From the NCBI GenBank assembly GCA_052055015.1, contig JBQJIT010000031.1: DNA of 49,739 bases; one strand, given 5' to 3'. This DNA comes from Malassezia furfur. Lineage: Eukaryota. The notes beneath the pieces are model-generated. The model ran no database searches. It was given only the letters and a program-made list of their open reading frames with translations, and was not told the origin of the DNA. Positions 11,271 to 19,709 of the stretch are shown in pieces (the first letter of the stretch is position 1; every line of letters starts with the position of its first letter). The translations under genes were made by a program, and so were the position numbers.

Positions 11271-12320
11271 ATGACAATCGAAGTTCAGACTCCCCCGCCG
11301 TCGCCATCGGCGCCTGCAGCACCGCTTTCTGCTATCATTGACTCTGAGATCGACTACGAAGGTCTTGGTGGTAACTACCCGCTGCATATCAACATGATTG
11401 CCGGATCTCTGGCAGGAATTACTGAACATGCCGTCATGTTTCCTGTGGATCTTGTCCGGGTTCGTATCTGCATAATCTGACTTTTGCAGACTCGTATGCA
11501 AGTCTTGACGGCGTCGCCCGCCGCGACGTACAGTGGCATGACCGAGGCATTCGCCCGGATTAGCTCCGCAGAGGGCTTCAAGGGTCTCTGGAAGGGCATT
11601 GCGTCGGTCATTCTCGGCGCTGGCCCTGCGCACGCGCTCTACTTTGGCACCTACGAGCTGGTCAAAGATCACACGGGTGGCAATCGTGAGGGGTTGCAGT
11701 TGATGAGCACAGGTGTGGCTGGCGCGGCCGCTACCATTGTGTCTGACGCATTCATGAACCCGTTTGATGGTGCGTCGTTGCTCGCTTACCGCAGTGATCA
11801 AGCAGCGCATGCAGCTAGAGGGCAACCCCTACACGTCGGTGGTGAACTGTGCGCGTGATCTCTACAAGACCGAGGGGCTCCGTGCTTTCTATGTCTCATA
11901 CCCTACAACGCTGACTATGACGGTGCCTTTCACCGCAATCCAGTTCGCGACGTACGAATGGGCCAAGAAGCTGTTCAACCCAGCCGACTCCTACTCCCCC
12001 ATGACGCACGTGGTCGCTGGTGGCTTTGCCGGCGCCACGGCAGCTGCGCTCACAACTCCGTTGGATGTAGCCAAGACCCTGCTACAAACGCGTGGCTGCT
12101 CACCGGATCCTGCGATCCGGAATACCACAAGCATGGTGCAGGCGTTCAAAATCATTCAGCAGCGGGAGGGATACCGTGGCTTTATGCGTGGACTGACCCC
12201 GCGTATCTTTACCCACATGCCCTCGAATGCCTTGTGCTGGCTGGTACGTTTGCGCACGACTTACCCCAGTCCTACGAAAGCTTCCGCTTCATGCTGCGCG
12301 AGCAAAACTACATTGCATGA
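11271..12320 (+). CDS. MRS4: Mitoferrin-type mitochondrial iron carrier, ~322 aa; introns 11460-11489, 11770-11794, 12244-12269
   Basis: DYEGL...AGSLAGITEHAVMFPVD, GAGPAHALYFGTYE, DAFMNPFDVIKQRMQ, YVSYPTTLTMTVPF and TTPLDVAKTLLQ; three carrier repeats. Confidence 0.93.
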
Positions 12321-12452
12321 GAGCGAGATGCTTTTGTTTTAAAAAAGGTTATATACCATCATGTTTCAAAATAGGTTATAGGTGTATCGCTTGTTCGATG
12401 TTATTTTTATATACAAGGCTACATAGCTCGTCGAACCCCACAACGAGCGGCC

Positions 12453-14330
12453 TTAGTTTCGGCCCAAGAATTGGTAGATCACCAACGACACAAGTCGCGA
12501 CAAACTCTCGGGGTGGTGGACGTACGTGCCCATAATCAGGGAAATGCTCACCGAGGCGAGCCAGAAGTCGCCGTACGGAACGCGAGGCAAAATACCCTTG
12601 CGGCGGCCCAGCACCCAGTAGGACTCGAGCGCCTTGGGCAGCACGTACGCCGACAGCTCGCTGCGCCGACGTGGCTGCTCGACAAATAGGGCCAGGCAGG
12701 TCAGGAAGCCGGGAATCATGTTCATCCGCCCGTCCTGCAGCAGATCGGAGATGCGCATGGCCGTACTCGACTTGCTCAGCCGCGGGCTGTAGCGGATCGA
12801 GTCCGAGATTTCGTGGAAGATGCAGAACGAGGTCTTGACAATCGCGATGTACACGGCAAGGAATGCCGAAGAGCGTGCGGCGCTGGAGACCGAGCGCATC
12901 GATGCATTCAGCGGATCGCGCAAGAACGTTTTAGGACGCAAAAAGACCGTCGGGACAACGTAGAGAGTAAGATAGACCGGCATAATCCACTTCCAGCGTC
13001 CCACCAGGTTCGTCAGGAGAACGCGGAAGTGGTTCGTGGAGTAAGGGTGGGACAACGAGCACGAGGGGAAGTGGCGCAGGTCGCCGCGGTCAAAGTAGCG
13101 GTACATCCTGGCGACCATATCGCCAGAGATGCCCTTAGGGTAGTGCTTGTTCGGCGGAAGGTCCGGGTACGTGAGCGGCTCAGTGCTGATGGGTTCGGGC
13201 AGCTGTCCGCCAAACAGATCCACAAGTGTCCATGGGTTGGCACCAAGCGGGTCTTCTTGCGTGCATCCCACTAGCATGTCGAGTATGTTGCGCGGCAGGT
13301 CCGAGGCCTTGGTGATCCAACGACTGTACGACGGCGGCAGCAAAGTCGGGTCGGTGAGCCATGCCCAAATGATCTGCATATTGGCAATACCAAACACCAG
13401 CACGGATCCGTACGGAATGTCGATGTATCCGCGCGACCGCGCAAAGCGGTAGGAACCTTCCAAGCCACGCACGAACAACTGCGGACCAAATGACTGCACC
13501 AGGCTCTTGCGCTCGACCAGCAGTGCCACCGACGAGATGGCACCACTGACGTAGGCATGCCAGTAACGCACGCGCGGGTCGTACGCTGACAGGTGGCGCC
13601 GGTGGTGATCTCTACCAGGCGACTTGTGATGATGATGATGATGATGATGATGCTTGTGCGACTTGTGGTGCTTGCGCGACTTCATCGACATCGACAGGCC
13701 GTCTTCTTCCTCCGACGGTTCGGGCACAGCTAGGCCGGGCTCCGTGCGACTGCGCGTCTTGGTGCCATGCGGACCACTGCGCTTGGGGAACGGCGTGAGA
13801 AGACGCAGCGCATTGTTCACAAACTTGAACAGACCCGACCACAGGCCAAACATCAGCGCGAAGCGCACCGTGTCTTCGGCCAGGAACGACTGCTTGAACA
13901 GGTCCGACCGGCCACGTCTTGAGCGCAGCAATTTGATAAGCGCAAACAGGTACGTCAGACAGCCACGCAGACCGTATGAGATCATGAATGCGCGCGCGCC
14001 AGCGCGGAAGACGTGAACGATGAGGCGCTCCCAGTCGCTCGGGATGCGTGCTTCTTCGTCCTTGGGACGCCAAAGCTTGTTTTGGATGTTGCGGCGGACT
14101 TCGGAGAAAGGCTTGGTGGACATCTCATGGAGTGCACTGAAGCTAAGCGAGCGCTTCAAACTCTCCATCGTTTCGGAGAGGTTGGGCGTCGTTGCGCCCG
14201 ACTGCAGCTCGCGCCAAGCAGCAAGTTCGTCATCGCTGTTGTTTGCAAGCTCCTCCTGGAGTGCGGGGGTAGGGGGTAGCGAGGTCAGACGATCCGGAAA
14301 AGGCCGTCCCTTCTCCCTCTCCTCGCTCAT
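12453..14330 (-). CDS. TMEM135-family membrane protein with an internal poly-His tract
   Basis: RFALMFG, YVSGAISSVALL, LFVRGLE, GSVLVFGIANMQIIWAW, CSLSHP, ARSSAFLAVY and VEQPRRRSELSAYVLPKALES are typical TMEM135 motifs. Confidence 0.8.
   Translation of the reverse strand: MSEEREKGRPFPDRLTSLPPTPALQEELANNSDDELAAWRELQSGATTPNLSETMESLKRSLSFSALHEMSTKPFSEVRRNIQNKLWRPKDEEARIPSDWERLIVHVFRAGARAFMISYGLRGCLTYLFALIKLLRSRRGRSDLFKQSFLAEDTVRFALMFGLWSGLFKFVNNALRLLTPFPKRSGPHGTKTRSRTEPGLAVPEPSEEEDGLSMSMKSRKHHKSHKHHHHHHHHHKSPGRDHHRRHLSAYDPRVRYWHAYVSGAISSVALLVERKSLVQSFGPQLFVRGLEGSYRFARSRGYIDIPYGSVLVFGIANMQIIWAWLTDPTLLPPSYSRWITKASDLPRNILDMLVGCTQEDPLGANPWTLVDLFGGQLPEPISTEPLTYPDLPPNKHYPKGISGDMVARMYRYFDRGDLRHFPSCSLSHPYSTNHFRVLLTNLVGRWKWIMPVYLTLYVVPTVFLRPKTFLRDPLNASMRSVSSAARSSAFLAVYIAIVKTSFCIFHEISDSIRYSPRLSKSSTAMRISDLLQDGRMNMIPGFLTCLALFVEQPRRRSELSAYVLPKALESYWVLGRRKGILPRVPYGDFWLASVSISLIMGTYVHHPESLSRLVSLVIYQFLGRN
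13626..13652 (-). repeat. (CAT)8-CAC trinucleotide microsatellite encoding His9
   Basis: gtg(atg)8 on the + strand; the protein reads KHHKSHKHHHHHHHHHKSPGRDHHRRH. Confidence 0.9.
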
Positions 14331-14460
14331 GGTCGGTCGTATGCTAGCCAGGGGCGGTCCGGGCGCGGCAAACTCCGCCCCAAAACATTATCCGCTCGGG
14401 TGTAGCCGCCGGCGATCTAGCACGTGGATTTACGGTTACGTCATGCCGAGGGCGTAACGC

Positions 14461-14478
14461 CCTGCTTACGTAAGCAGG
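14461..14478. promoter_or_regulatory. Perfect 18-bp palindrome CCTGCTTACGTAAGCAGG with a TTACGTAA core
   Basis: Seen directly. It lies 17 nt beyond the predicted U1 3' end, near TTACGTCA (~14436) and CACGTG (14421) in the TMEM135 upstream region. Function is unknown. Confidence 0.45.
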
Positions 14479-14495
14479 AACAAACGAAAAAGAAA

Positions 14496-14722
14496 GGCAG
14501 ACGGTACCCCGGAGGGTACGGTCTGCCCGATCCAAATATTTCAACGTACTGCCACCCGTAGGGCAGCAGCGAGGGGCAAATCCTCCTGTATGGACAAAAG
14601 GGTCGCCGTGCAATGGGAGCATTCACCCCTCCCGCACCACATGCGTGAGCGCGTTGCGGAACGTCAAGGTCTGTCATGTTAGAACTGTCCTTGTAGGTCC
14701 ATTATCGAATACGTACAAGTAT
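14496..14722 (-). ncRNA. U1: U1 spliceosomal snRNA (~181 nt mature), interrupted by a spliceosomal intron at 14671-14716
   Basis: Spliced 5' end AUACUU|ACCUU. Helix H UUGACGU/ACGUUGA; SL1 with U1-70K-like loop GCUCACGCAU; SL2 stem GAGGGGUGAAU/AUUUGCCCCUC carrying the U1A motif AUUGCAC; SL3 GCUGCUGCCC/GGGUGGCAGU; Sm-like site AAUAUUUGG (14532-14540); terminal SL4 GGCAGAC-C-GUACCC/GGGUAC-C-GUCUGCC. A TATA box lies ~30 nt upstream. Confidence 0.92.
14671..14716 (-). other. 46-nt mRNA-type intron inside the U1 snRNA gene
   Basis: GTACGTATTCGATAATGGACCTACAAGGACAGTTCTAACATGACAG: the donor GTACGT most common in this window, branch TTCTAAC, acceptor CAG. Removal exactly restores the invariant U1 5' sequence. 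Confidence 0.88.
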
Positions 14723-14751
14723 GAGAAAACCGTGATTGCGGAGGGCGGCCT

Positions 14752-14760
14752 CTTATATAT
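14752..14760 (-). promoter_or_regulatory. TATA box of the U1 snRNA gene
   Basis: ATATATAAG on the minus strand, ending 30 nt upstream of the predicted U1 start at 14722. Confidence 0.7.
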
Positions 14761-14881
14761 TTTTTCCGTCCCGCTGCGGCGGCCGCACATTGGCCAGCTC
14801 CACCGGCGCTGCAAAATGGCCGCTACAAGGCCATCTTAATTCCTCGAATCTTTTGGGTGCCGGTGCGGCGCGTACGGACCA

Positions 14882-15826
14882 CTATGGCGAATGATGCAGG
14901 GCCTCAGTTGCTTCGCTGCTTGTCTTTGCAATCGTCTCTTGGAGCGACTTGGGGCAACTCTCGACGAGACTCGAGAGCTTCGGCAGAATGCGTGAGAGGA
15001 AGAACTGCTGCGCGACTTGCGCTCCCTGCGTGTGAGCCAAACGAGTAGACATACCCTGTAGTGATAGATCGCACCCATCACCGCCTCAACACACGCGCCG
15101 CGCACCTTGAAGAGGCCTGTCTCTTGCGATCCGGTCGCAGGATCGACACGCTGGGGTCAGCTAGGCAGAAAGTACCTACAATTGTCGGGTGCCAACGCAT
15201 CACGCGCTCGAGTTGCAGCGAGCGGCCGACGTGGTCGCCGAGTGTCTGCGTCCGGAGGAGGTTGTCCACGCCCTGCGGCGACGAGAGGATATTTTGCAGG
15301 AACCGGATTTCAGCCTCGGGGAGCGATTCGGCGCGACCCGCCTTGGCGAGCACGTCGAACAGGAAGAGAGAGAGGTAGGTTTTCAGTGCGCGCCGGCCTG
15401 GGTGTGAGTGTACGCGTACGTACCGAGGAAGGCGAGACGTCGGTTATGACCTTGCATGCCGTACATCCAGCTCTCGTGCGTGAGCGCGGTCACGGCCAGT
15501 ACCGCATTGTCGCCCAGGAGCGCGTGTTGGTCGCCCGACAGCGAGCGGTACGAAGAAAACTGCTCGCTGTTGAGGAACGACAGCATATCCGCGGGCTTCA
15601 AGTCGCTGCCGAGCGCACCAGAGGACGGCTGCACCGACTGCTGCTGCGTATGTACCGTGGACTGTGCGCTGGGCGCAACGTTAGTTGCGGACGCGGTGGT
15701 GCGCAGGCCACAGGCGCGCAGCGCAAATGGCTGCGGTGCGCGCATAAGAGCTGGGGTGCGCGCGCTGCCGACGAGACGTGCGCGCGCCACGATACGTGTT
15801 CCTGTCCGGAAAGATGCGGTGCCCAT
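14882..15826 (-). CDS. MRPL15: Mitochondrial ribosomal protein mL57/MRPL15 (degenerate RNase III fold), ~286 aa; introns 15398-15423, 15151-15179, 15026-15054
   Basis: Arg/Ala-rich presequence; ALTHESW...HNRRLAFLGRRAL, VEAVMGAIYHYRGAQVAQQF. Three GT-AG introns join three ORF fragments. An alternative ATG is at 15832. Confidence 0.75.
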
Positions 15827-15995
15827 GTTCATCGTTGCACACGCGCGCTGCTCCGCAAGGCACAGCGACGAGGGAAGTGGGTCGTGGAAGCCGGGTGGAC
15901 GAAGTCTTCGCAGACGAGGAATTAAGCATACATCCACGCCGCCGCGAAGCGAAAGTTCGATTTTCGCGCGTGCGACGCCTTCGGTTTTGTCAACG

Positions 15996-16979
15996 ATGTC
16001 TGTGGCGGAACCGTATGTGGCTGCGACTCACGCCAGACTTGCTCCTGCAGCTCCCAAGGCCGCCAACTGGGCGGATGATGACGCTGAGGATGGCGCTTGT
16101 ACGTTTCGCGCGACTCACACAGCTTCGAGCTCGCCGCGCGTCGAAGTGCGCGACGAAGGCAACGGTGTGCAGACCGTGATTGAATACCGCACCAACGCGG
16201 ATGGCAAGCCCGTTAAGGTGACGCGCCGCATCAAGCGGACGCTCGTGTCTACGCGCGTGAACCATGACGTGGCCGAGCGCAAGCAGTGGACTAAGTTTGG
16301 TCTCGAGAAGAACGCTGCTGCCGGCCCGCACGGTGGCACCACCTCGATCGGCGCCAATGTGCAGGTCAAACTCAGTGCGGGCGGAACGAAGGAGCCCGAG
16401 CAGGACCCGACCGATGCGATGCGCGAGAAGCTCGCGAACAAGCGCGTGCAGTGCCGTTTGTGCAAGGGCGACCACTACACGGCGCGCTGCCCGTACCGCG
16501 ATACGCTCGAGGCGATCCCCGGTGCGGGCGGCGAGACGCCAGAGGGCGAGGTTGCCAAGGCCGCGCTGCAGGCGGGCGATCCCGCGGCCGCCGCCAAGAT
16601 CAACCCGGCCGCGAGCCAGGCCCGTGCTGGGTTGGCGCCCGGCAAATACGTCCCGCCGAGCCTGCGTGCCGGCGCGGTGCCGACGGTGATGGGCAGCGGC
16701 GCGCCGCACCGCGATGACTCGTCGACGCTGCGTGTGACGAACCTGAGCGAGGACGTCGAGGAGGACGACCTGCGCGACCTTTTCCGTCGCTACGGCCGTG
16801 TGACGCGCATCTACCTCGGCCGCGACCGCGAGACGGGCGCGTGCAAGGGCTTTGCCTATGTCAACTTTGAGGACCGCGCGTCGGCGGATCTGGCGCGGCA
16901 AAAACTGGATGGTTTCCCGTACAGCAACCTGATCCTCAGCTGCCAGTGGTCGCAGCCGCGTGGGGAGCGTCCTACGTAG
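15996..16979 (+). CDS. TIF35: Translation initiation factor eIF3 subunit g, ~311 aa; probable in-frame 24-nt introns 16013-16036 and 16099-16122
   Basis: NWADD, AERKQWTKFG, CRLCKGDHYTARCPY zinc knuckle, KYVPPSLR and a C-terminal RRM (TLRVTNLSED...CKGFAYVNF). Confidence 0.95.
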   Translation: MSVAEPYVAATHARLAPAAPKAANWADDDAEDGACTFRATHTASSSPRVEVRDEGNGVQTVIEYRTNADGKPVKVTRRIKRTLVSTRVNHDVAERKQWTKFGLEKNAAAGPHGGTTSIGANVQVKLSAGGTKEPEQDPTDAMREKLANKRVQCRLCKGDHYTARCPYRDTLEAIPGAGGETPEGEVAKAALQAGDPAAAAKINPAASQARAGLAPGKYVPPSLRAGAVPTVMGSGAPHRDDSSTLRVTNLSEDVEEDDLRDLFRRYGRVTRIYLGRDRETGACKGFAYVNFEDRASADLARQKLDGFPYSNLILSCQWSQPRGERPT

Positions 16980-17021
16980 AGTGTACCAATCGGATATGTG
17001 CTTCGCGAGATCTACCCATCG

Positions 17022-17788
17022 CTACGAAAAGAAGCTGGGGTTAGTGCGCAATGGTTACGTACGCGCGGTGGGGGTTCGGACCGAACAGATCGAGGCGCAG
17101 CTCGGGCAGCATGTCGGACTCGAGCAGGCGCAGCCGCTCCTCCAGCGTGTTGTTCAGCTGGATGCGCCCGGCGTGCCCGGTGAGGATCAGACCACCCGCG
17201 GAGTCCTTGCTGAGGCCGTCTTTGACTGAGACCTTGGTGTCGCGCCCAGTGATCTCCTTGTACCGCTTCACGGCCGAATCCGACACCTCTTGCACCAACT
17301 GCACGTCGCCAGAGCGTGCCGTGACTTCCACGGATGGCTCGACAAGGTCCAGTAGGCCCTGGAGCAGCAGATTTTCGAGCAGCTTCTTGTATTTGGCCTG
17401 GTCCTTAGACAGCTTCTTGAGCTGTTCTTTGGTCTTGTCAAACAGGCCCTCGAGGCGCTCCTCGCGGAGCTTGAGCACCTCGAGACGCGCCTTGTTGCTC
17501 TGGTTGGACTTGGCACTGCATTAGTAGGGGCACGCACATCTTCTGCTGCGTCTCGACCTGCTTCTTCTTCTTCTCGAACTGCGCATCCAGGTTCGAGCTC
17601 TCCTGCTGTACGATCTTGGCCTGCCGGTCAGCGATCGCACGGCTTCGACTACACACCTTCTCGATCGCAAACTCCTCGTCGGCCTTCACCTGGATCTCGC
17701 GCGCCTTCTCCTGCGCCTCCTGGCGAATGAACTCCACCATCTTCTTCAGCTCCGTGTTCACCTCTTCATCATTCATAGCGTGCGACAT
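17022..17788 (-). CDS. VMA4: V-ATPase V1 subunit E, 226 aa; introns 17621-17656 (36 nt), 17516-17537 (22 nt), 17035-17062 (28 nt)
   Basis: ELKKMVEFIRQEAQEKAREIQVKADEEFAIEK|AKIV, NKARLEVL and NTLEERLRLL...LFGPNPHRAFFS*. Confidence 0.95.
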
Positions 17789-18124
17789 CGTGAACGGCGA
17801 GTAGGCTTCCGGCAGTCGGTGGGTACGATAGTGCTGGCCCGCACGGGATTGCGTGCCGCGAGACCTACTAGGTCCACACCTCCACACCGGTGGAGGCGGC
17901 GCCGGCCGCGGCCGCTGCCTGTCGCGCATCGTTCAGGAGCCAGCCACGGCGCGCGCACGCAGCCGCGCAGGCGCTGCAGACATCGTTATAGCATACCTAT
18001 CGCGTGAAATGCACCTTTCAAGCCCAAAGCCACGTAGCTTCACCCCTCCGGCCGCGCGGACCACTATTCGGTCACTAAGCCTACATAGCTCCTTGTGTTT
18101 CGTCGTTTGTATACATTCTACTCC

Positions 18125-18712
18125 CTATGCCGACCGCACAAAGTTGCTTGCCTTGATCGATGCGCGGTTCTTCTTCCGCAGGGTTCGGCGCGTCTTGAGC
18201 TCCTCCTCGTGTACATCAGTCGGGGTCTTGGGCAGCGCGTCCTTGGCGGCCTTCGCGGCGGCCTTGGCCTGCGCAGCTGCCTTTTGTTGCGGCGTCATGT
18301 TGAGAAGACGCGCCGCCTCCTTCGCCTCAGCCGCCTGTTGCTTTTTCAGCTGCTGCCGCGCGAGCTTCGCACTACGCTTGTACGCAGCACGCGCCTCACC
18401 CTTCGACATACCCGTGGTATCCACGTCGCCCGCAATCAGCGTCTTGGAGGAAACCACGGCAGGGTCTTCGAGCAGATCCCACAGCCAGGAGGGGTATTCG
18501 CTGTCGGGCTTTGCGACGGGGTCTGGCTTGTCCTTGTAGATGGAAAGGCCCGTGAAAACCGTGCCCGCGGGCGCCACCGACTGGGCGTCGGGCTTAGCGG
18601 GTGCCTTCTCGGCATCCGAGTGTGCAGTGCGCACTGCAGTGCCAGCGGGAGCCCATGGCGCCCGGCGTAGCGCGCCGGGGATCGCGCGGCTTGCCGCAAG
18701 ACGAAGGGCCAT
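18125..18712 (-). CDS. MRPL37: Mitochondrial ribosomal protein mL54 (yeast MRPL37-like)
   Basis: Presequence; GTVFTGLSIYKDKPDPVAKPDSEYPSWLWDLL; C-terminal LRKKNRASIKASNF. Confidence 0.85.
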   Translation of the reverse strand: MALRLAASRAIPGALRRAPWAPAGTAVRTAHSDAEKAPAKPDAQSVAPAGTVFTGLSIYKDKPDPVAKPDSEYPSWLWDLLEDPAVVSSKTLIAGDVDTTGMSKGEARAAYKRSAKLARQQLKKQQAAEAKEAARLLNMTPQQKAAAQAKAAAKAAKDALPKTPTDVHEEELKTRRTLRKKNRASIKASNFVRSA

Positions 18713-18762
18713 CGTTGGAAGATGGAGCACGTGACCAACGCGACGCGGTTGTGTTGCTTGCC

Positions 18763-19709
18763 ATGGCGTCTGGGGAACGGAGGCGCCTGCCTACGCTGCT
18801 CGAGGTGCTCGAGCGGCGCACAGCGGCGCCAGTCGACCTAGATGCGTTCTACCAGTTCTCCTATATGTGTAACGAGGCAGATGCCATCGACTTTTGGCTT
18901 GACGTGACAGAGCACGAGCGCATGTGCGCGATTTGTTTGTATTTGGACGACGACAGCGCACCCGTGCCACTGACCGGCGCCTGGCGTGGGAGCGGAAAGG
19001 ACCAGAATGCATTGTACTTGCATGTCGATCAGGCGGAGAAGGAGCCGCCGCGCGAGACTAAGATTGCACTCTTCGACCTGGTCGCCAATGCCCAGCGCGT
19101 ATACGAACGGTACCTTGTCCCGGGCGCCGCGCACGAGATTTTGCTGCCCGACACAGTGCGTGCGTCGATGGCGTGGCCATCCGAGACGCATGCCATGACG
19201 GGGAATGCCCAGGAGCTGCTACAACTCTTTCAGCTTCCACGCAAGTAGGTGGCCCACACTCACACAGCTATGTCTTCCAGCGCCTGGACACCGGCATGTA
19301 CTCTGCCTTTTTGGAGCAACATACCTTTTGCAACATCACGCGGTTTACCGCATGGGCTCGTTTGTCGGTTGGCTTACTGCTCTTTTGGGTCGCGCTCGCC
19401 GTGGGGTTCAGTATGGTGTTCCTCGACGCGCGGCGCTCGACGCGCGTATGGGTAGGTGCGTCGCTCATGCAGATTTTGCTTCCAATGGCTTTTGCCATGT
19501 ATTTTTTGACGGCCTACATGTACAATATTGACCCCGCCCTCGTTTTGGCGCGCCGCACCCAAGTCGCTCCACGCACCTACGTCCGCGTGGACGAACCGTT
19601 CGTATACCGCCAGCACTGCCTCCATGCCGCAAGTGCGGTGAGCGTTGCGGTGCTAGCCTGCGCCGCGTTCACTGTGCTGTTTGTTTTAGTGCCGGGCCAC
19701 CGCCTCTAG
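18763..19709 (+). CDS. RAX1: RAX1-like RGS-domain membrane protein, ~300 aa; introns 19245-19267 (23 nt) and probably 19452-19472 (21 nt)
   Basis: RLPTLLEVLERRTAAPVDLDAFY, AIDFWLDV, YLVPGAAHEILLP, three C-terminal TM segments, ending VPGHRL. Confidence 0.85.

Noticed and set aside
9167..12452. Lower-GC stretch considered as a centromere or foreign island
   Set aside because: The drop is modest, the region contains RPS18 and mitoferrin, and there is no strongly AT-rich core.
15456..15995. Long N-terminal ORF extensions of eIF3g, and likewise of YSH1, MCM4, MAD2, DML1, UMP1, PCBD and the USP
   Set aside because: They run antisense through the neighbouring divergent gene and lie upstream of the conserved N-termini; these are ORF-finder artefacts.
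17790..18000. SRP RNA, TPP riboswitch or ribozyme in the VMA4 upstream region
   Set aside because: The diagnostic motifs (SRP helix 8, TPP CUGAGA core, hammerhead CUGAUGA/GAAA) were not found.
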